From Nitrosopumilaceae archaeon (GTDB taxonomy: Archaea; Thermoproteota; Nitrososphaeria; Nitrososphaerales; Nitrosopumilaceae): a stretch of 64,000 bases of DNA. The translations under genes were made by a program, and so were the position numbers. The stretch spans positions 64,001 to 128,000 of the forward strand of contig CBDATR010000024.1 in the NCBI GenBank assembly GCA_965200155.1. Reading direction: 5' to 3'. Shown piece by piece: positions 62,594-64,000 of the stretch. Positions within the stretch are counted from its first letter, which is position 1. Each line of letters opens with the position of its first letter. Under the pieces are notes generated by a model, which made no database searches, had not been told where the DNA came from, and saw only the letters and a program-made list of their open reading frames with translations.

Positions 62594-63310
62594 GGCGCGC
62601 TCAACTAGGAGATCCTCCAAGGCATGACCGGCATCCAGCGCGGCCTTGTTAAACTGCCCCATCAGGAACTGGTCGTTATCTGAGGGAAAGGGCTCAGTCA
62701 CATCAGCCAGCGATTCGGCCAGTCTCACAATATATGATTCAGGACCGATTGCCATCACCACGGCAGGCATTCCCGGAACCACGCCGGTCATGCGTATGGC
62801 CTGTGCTATTTGGGTAGTACCAGCCAATCTTAGCAGAATGTCCGACTCTAGGCTTTTTGCTATCATGATACCGCGGCGCCGGGATTCCAGAGATACCTCC
62901 AGTATGCGGCGCAGATGGGATAGACCCAGAACATGCCTAGAGGAGACCGCCTGTATATGTGCATGTGGAAATCTCTGGCGCAGTGCATCAAGATCTACAG
63001 ATGACACACACAGGGCAGATACGACAGTATCCAGTATTTCAAACCGCACAGCTTGGCCCCCGTGTATTACTGGTATTATGGATACGCGATCATTGTCATG
63101 CAGTATAGCCGAGAGTCCGCCCAGAGATGATGAGTCGGCGCCATTTACAGCCACCAGTATATTCTTGGTATCCAGGGAGGGTGTGTCAGGGGGTTTTGCG
63201 CGGATAAGCATATGTAGCATATCAGATATGGTCATATTCTCACACTCCAGCGTAATACGACCTGACGGAAACGACTTTTTTGCACCACCCAGGAACTCTA
63301 TCGCAACCAT
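62582..63310 (-). CDS. Ubiquitin-like (MoaD/ThiS/SAMP) - KEOPS Cgi121 fusion
   Basis: N-terminal beta-grasp ending VIHGG; C-terminal ILLRLAGTTQIAQAI Cgi121 motif. Confidence 0.85.
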   Translation of the reverse strand: MVAIEFLGGAKKSFPSGRITLECENMTISDMLHMLIRAKPPDTPSLDTKNILVAVNGADSSSLGGLSAILHDNDRVSIIPVIHGGQAVRFEILDTVVSALCVSSVDLDALRQRFPHAHIQAVSSRHVLGLSHLRRILEVSLESRRRGIMIAKSLESDILLRLAGTTQIAQAIRMTGVVPGMPAVVMAIGPESYIVRLAESLADVTEPFPSDNDQFLMGQFNKAALDAGHALEDLLVERASIL

Positions 63311-63369
63311 ATGACACAGGAAAATCTGTACGGATAAAAATTATTTCTGGCAGGAATCAAGACTGGTAA

Positions 63370-63717
63370 TTACTCGTTCTTGTCGTTTATGTCATATACG
63401 ACACCGTCAGGCGCGTTCTCAGAGTCGTCCTGGGAGTCCTCGTCGGTCGCCTCATTAGGTATCTCCGTAGTTTCCTGATCCGTCTCGGCATCTTCGGATT
63501 CCTGTTCCCGTGCCAGCCTATCCTCTTCACGCTTGTGTTTCTCGCGAATCTCTCTTTTTATGGTCTTTGTTATCAAGCCTGCAATCTCGTTCTTTAGTTC
63601 CTTGGAAGTTATTGTTGCCAATTCCCCTAGGGTGCGCTTGTTGTCATCGAAATCTGGACCGAATCTATCCCCATAGGTCTCCAATATCTCCGTTGAGAGT
63701 CGCCTTACCCTATTCAC
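63370..63717 (-). CDS. rps17e: 30S ribosomal protein S17e with acidic tail
   Basis: F..DFDDNK, SKELKNEIAGLIT. Confidence 0.9.
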   Translation of the reverse strand: MNRVRRLSTEILETYGDRFGPDFDDNKRTLGELATITSKELKNEIAGLITKTIKREIREKHKREEDRLAREQESEDAETDQETTEIPNEATDEDSQDDSENAPDGVVYDINDKNE

Positions 63718-63748
63718 TGCCCTCTTGCATGTAGAGGACTAATTATAT

Positions 63749-64000
63749 CTATACGTGAAGAAATGATAGCGTGTTTTGTTCCAGTAATCCTGCGGCATCC
63801 CCATAGGACAGTTTCAGGGTATCTGCTACGCATAACACCACACTAGGAAGGAATGCAGGAGTGGCGTTCATATTCCCAAAGCATCGCCCAAAGGAGACAG
63901 GTCCGTCGGTTTCCACCAGTATTTTGTCAGGACGGCTTATGGATAACAGGCGTCGCTTGTCTGCGGCATATACTGCCAAAGGCCCATAGGACACATACAT
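63749..64000 (-). CDS. TatD family hydrolase, 3' part (runs off the window)
   Basis: ILVETDGP motif. Confidence 0.8.
   Translation of the reverse strand: MYVSYGPLAVYAADKRRLLSISRPDKILVETDGPVSFGRCFGNMNATPAFLPSVVLCVADTLKLSYGDAAGLLEQNTLSFLHV

Noticed and set aside
22992-63314. Long antisense or overlapping ORFs (e.g. 25438-26133, 51677-52327, 55902-56756, 62646-63314)
   Set aside because: Shadow frames of well-supported genes with no recognisable motifs.

Overview
Archaeal chromosome segment from an ammonia-oxidising archaeon (Nitrososphaerota/Thaumarchaeota, Nitrosopumilaceae-like). The evidence is a DnaJ-ferredoxin fusion, a ubiquitin-like/Cgi121 fusion, a class V FBP aldolase/phosphatase and archaeal EF-1alpha/S10/Rpo12. 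The heavy IS load and an LVIVD-repeat pseudogene suggest a host-associated lineage (inference). Most of the window is housekeeping: purine, carbamoyl-phosphate, tetrapyrrole, aminoacyl-tRNA synthetase and t6A genes, plus tRNA-Thr(CGT). Positions 27.7-41.2 kb hold nested IS5-, IS481-, IS66-, ISL2- and IS3-type elements. A 92/101-bp IS66-derived MITE occurs nine times in the window, eight of them in this region. The top finding is in carB: the conserved GEAGE|FDYS motif is interrupted by a 23-nt insert (26151-26173) that folds into a bulge-helix-bulge/loop motif. Cleavage at the canonical tRNA-splicing-endonuclease positions removes exactly that insert and restores a full-length 1077-aa CarB, making it a candidate archaeal pre-mRNA intron outside cbf5. 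All calls are by eye from the sequence; no database searches were run.
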